This document shows positions 26,309-28,897 of a DNA stretch of 28,897 bases, piece after piece. The stretch spans positions 1 through 28,897 of the IMG/VR virus record IMGVR_UViG_3300017911_001017, one strand, 5' to 3'. Origin of the DNA: a virus (Duplodnaviria; Caudoviricetes). Below the pieces are notes generated by a model that saw only the letters and a list, made by a program, of their open reading frames with translations, was not told the origin of the DNA and ran no database searches. The stretch's first letter is position 1; the number at the start of each line of letters is the position of its first letter. The position numbers and the translations under genes were made by a program.

Positions 26309-28710
26309 TATGCTATCTCCTTAATAAATTCATTGGTTAGAAACCTTGAAGTAGTTTTACTTCTTTGATTCTTCTTGAACTTTGCCATGATTGTTGATTT
26401 CTTTGCACCAATCAGATCATCGTCCAAGGTATCTTCACCATCAGTTGCAAGGTTTGATGCAGCGGTGATGAAGAGTTTGTTGTAACCTTTTGCTTGAATG
26501 ACAACACCATTGTTTCTTGCTTCCTTCCACAATGCATTTTGCTTGTCATTATTGTAACCAGTGTAAGCTGGGTGACCGATCACACCAAGTAGGTTAGTCA
26601 TGTCACCCTTCCTTCCACAAACGAAGTAACCAGTAACAATGACACCAGTAGTCTTACTAATCCAGTCTAAAAGGTTTTGTGTCTTTCCAAAATCATTTCT
26701 GTCCCAACCATTATCAGGTAGTGCATAGTCATAGACTTTTCCATTGATAGGGTCGATGATGTCTCTTTGCTTCTTGACACTCCATGATGTGTCATCACCC
26801 AACTGCTCTTCGAAGTCAGCTCTCTCAGCTGCATCTTGATCAAGAATGTTTGCACTGTGAGAGTAACCATCAGTGATCACTGTCAAGATTGACTTCTCAA
26901 TTCCATATGCTTTGTTGAACTTAGGAAGCAGACCTCTCATTGCAACCAGTGTTGCATCTAGTGGAGTACCACCTAGTCTGTATTTGTGATCAGGATAGTA
27001 GTTGTAAGGAACATCAATCCAACCTGTTTGATCAGGGTCGATGTAAGCAACACCACTGAACCAATCATTGTAGATTGCAAGGTTCTTCTTGAAACCTCTT
27101 CCATATCTAAGATCATTGAACTTGTACTCATTCCAAAGGATAGACATGTAAGTCATCATTTCTTTGTATTCTTTTGCAGACATTTCGTTAGAGAAAATTT
27201 CTACAAGGTAACCATCCCTGTTTCTCCAGTATGATTGCTCTAGACCCTCACCAGTTTCATTGCTGTCTTTTGAAATGTTGTCTGAGAACAAGTAAACCCT
27301 GTGTGGGATTTGAACTTTTCTGCAGAACATTGTGAGAATGAAAGCTTGTTCTAGGATGTCACCAACCTCATTGGAAATAGAACCACTCCAATCGATCAGG
27401 ATGTTGACACCATGGTTCTTACCATCAGGAAGGTAAACAACTCTCTTGAAAACATCATCAACAATCTGATACTTTGCAAGTCTGTTCATATCCAACTTAC
27501 CAGTCTTACCAGTGAAGGCATGTCTTGAGTTGAGAGCATTCTGTCTCATTTCAAATTCTTTTGCCATGTGATTGACGATTGCTTTGTTCTTAGATTCGAT
27601 CTTCTTGAAAGTGTGAACTGCTCTTGCCCAGTTCCCTTCCTTGTTTGCTGAACTGTAGTTCACACTAGATGAAGGATTCTCGAAATACTTTCTCCAATCA
27701 TCAAGAACTAGTTTGTAATCGTAAAGAGTGTTGTCACAGTATTTTGAAAACTCTTTGTTCTTGAGATTGATTTGAGTTCTGATTATGTTAGTCTCAGAAA
27801 GGAATTGCTCTTCATTGTTGTGAGCATTGTGTTCTGTTAGTGACTCCCTTGCACCATCTTCATCATCGTATTGATCGGGAGTAGAACCTTCGTTGATAGA
27901 ACCTGAACCAGTTTCTTTTTTACCATCTTCTTCAGATTCTTCCTCTTCATCAGATTCAGTCTCTTCATCACCGTCACCAGTGTTAGGAGCTTCAGGAAGA
28001 TTGTCTTCCATTTCTTCTTCATCTGAATCTTCCCATGAAGTTTCACCTTCTTCATTAGATTCTTCGAAGTCCTCATCTTCCTCTTCTTCATCTTCATCGA
28101 TGTCGAACATTTGAGGAACTATGGATTGATCAGACTCGTCCCTTGTTTCGTTTTCTTTTGACCACTCATAGATAGCAGTTGCACATTCCTCAACTTCTTC
28201 CCATGATTCACACTTCATTGCCCAATCAAGGAAGAACTGCTCTTCTTTAGAAAGTTTGATGTTGATTCTTGAACCGACTTTAGTGATCAGGTTGATCTTA
28301 TCAATCAAAGAAAGTTCTTGAAGGTTTCTATCTTTGACTCCAAAGAAATCCATTTCCATCAGTTCATTGTATGCAGTGTAGAAAGACTTCCTCAAACCAG
28401 CATACTTGTCTCTAATGTTCTTCTCAATTCTGACATCCTCAACAACATTGAGATATCCCTTGAGAGTTTTGTTCTTAGTTACTGCAGAGTGAACACCTTC
28501 GTATGGAGTCCATAATGCGTGACCAACCTCATGACCCATGAATAGATCATAAAGTTCAGGTGATATATCGTCTTTGAAAATAGGGCAACAAAGTAACCTA
28601 TTCTTAAGATCGAAGTATGCAGTAGGAGTTTTCCTATGCACAACGGTCAAATTTTCCCCTGCCATCAGTTTTGCAAGGTTGTCTTTTTGTGTCTTTAATT
28701 TCTCAGTCAT
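26308..28710 (-). CDS. CobT-like protein: HExxH metallopeptidase-like N-domain, acidic linker, vWA domain
   Basis: HEVGH, NVVEDVRIE, D/E-rich linker, TGKLD, IDWSGS (MIDAS), GGTPL, VITDG. Confidence 0.88.
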   Translation of the reverse strand: MTEKLKTQKDNLAKLMAGENLTVVHRKTPTAYFDLKNRLLCCPIFKDDISPELYDLFMGHEVGHALWTPYEGVHSAVTKNKTLKGYLNVVEDVRIEKNIRDKYAGLRKSFYTAYNELMEMDFFGVKDRNLQELSLIDKINLITKVGSRINIKLSKEEQFFLDWAMKCESWEEVEECATAIYEWSKENETRDESDQSIVPQMFDIDEDEEEEDEDFEESNEEGETSWEDSDEEEMEDNLPEAPNTGDGDEETESDEEEESEEDGKKETGSGSINEGSTPDQYDDEDGARESLTEHNAHNNEEQFLSETNIIRTQINLKNKEFSKYCDNTLYDYKLVLDDWRKYFENPSSSVNYSSANKEGNWARAVHTFKKIESKNKAIVNHMAKEFEMRQNALNSRHAFTGKTGKLDMNRLAKYQIVDDVFKRVVYLPDGKNHGVNILIDWSGSISNEVGDILEQAFILTMFCRKVQIPHRVYLFSDNISKDSNETGEGLEQSYWRNRDGYLVEIFSNEMSAKEYKEMMTYMSILWNEYKFNDLRYGRGFKKNLAIYNDWFSGVAYIDPDQTGWIDVPYNYYPDHKYRLGGTPLDATLVAMRGLLPKFNKAYGIEKSILTVITDGYSHSANILDQDAAERADFEEQLGDDTSWSVKKQRDIIDPINGKVYDYALPDNGWDRNDFGKTQNLLDWISKTTGVIVTGYFVCGRKGDMTNLLGVIGHPAYTGYNNDKQNALWKEARNNGVVIQAKGYNKLFITAASNLATDGEDTLDDDLIGAKKSTIMAKFKKNQRSKTTSRFLTNEFIKEIA

Positions 28711-28716
28711 GTTTAT

Positions 28717-28746
28717 ATTATCTCAAAAAGCCATAGGCATTGTCAA
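28717..28746 (-). promoter_or_regulatory. sigma70-type early promoter (repeat copy 2)
   Basis: TTGACA-N18-GATAAT-N6-ATG. Confidence 0.8.
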
Positions 28747-28754
28747 GGCTCAAA

Positions 28755-28874
28755 TTATCCAATAGAATCAAGGCATTGGTAGGCATATTCCCATGCTTCT
28801 TCGGGAGTCATACCCTGTTCGAGGCCTTCTTCGTACCTTGCTTCGAGGTAGATTTCTGTAATTTCGCAACTCAT
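28755..28874 (-). CDS. small acidic hypothetical protein, 39 aa
   Basis: Manual translation MSCEITEIYLEARYEEGLEQGMTPEEAWEYAYQCLDSIG; TGaTAGCAT-N6-ATG upstream. Confidence 0.6.
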   Translation of the reverse strand: MSCEITEIYLEARYEEGLEQGMTPEEAWEYAYQCLDSIG

Positions 28875-28897
28875 ACATGTATGCTATCACGATTTGC

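Noticed and set aside
27840-28110. Repeat array or CRISPR
   Set aside because: Low-complexity GAA/GAT codons of a D/E-rich linker; no fixed repeat-spacer periodicity seen anywhere in the window
24708-28710. Cobalamin biosynthesis (cobS/cobT) as an auxiliary metabolic pathway
   Set aside because: No cobN or other cob genes in the window; a MoxR/vWA chaperone pair explains the motifs
15688-28765. Short plus-strand and alternate-frame ORFs (e.g. 25593-26165, 27837-28097, 27893-28114)
   Set aside because: Shadows of real genes or of the acidic low-complexity linker; Ser-rich or Met/Lys-rich artefacts

Overview
Segment of a T4-like (large myovirus-type) phage genome, AT-rich and probably marine with a proteobacterial host. 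Almost everything is on the minus strand. The conserved replication backbone, in transcription order from right to left, is CobT-like peptidase/vWA, CobS-like AAA+, gp45, gp44, gp62, regA, hsp20, gp43, uvsX, gp41. About 14 kb of accessory genes lie between regA and gp43. The first block is a curli-type secretion module with its own terminator and late promoter: two paralogous small membrane proteins, CsgF, CsgG, two curlin-like proteins, a FecR protein and a CHASE2 adenylate cyclase, interrupted by a 2OG-oxygenase/cupin pair and an alternative oxidase. The second block is a set of stress genes (Hsp20, peroxiredoxin). The third is a C5-cytosine methyltransferase, TET/JBP dioxygenase and P-loop kinase cluster followed by a T4-type lysozyme. 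Non-coding and compositional signals read by eye include about ten apparently leaderless genes, stacked sigma32/sigma70/late promoters with a ROSE-like thermometer at hsp20, a three-hairpin RNA between gp45 and gp44, overlapping ORFs inside the cyclase, and strong avoidance of GGWCC and CCNGG. All family calls come from motif recognition; no database searches were run.
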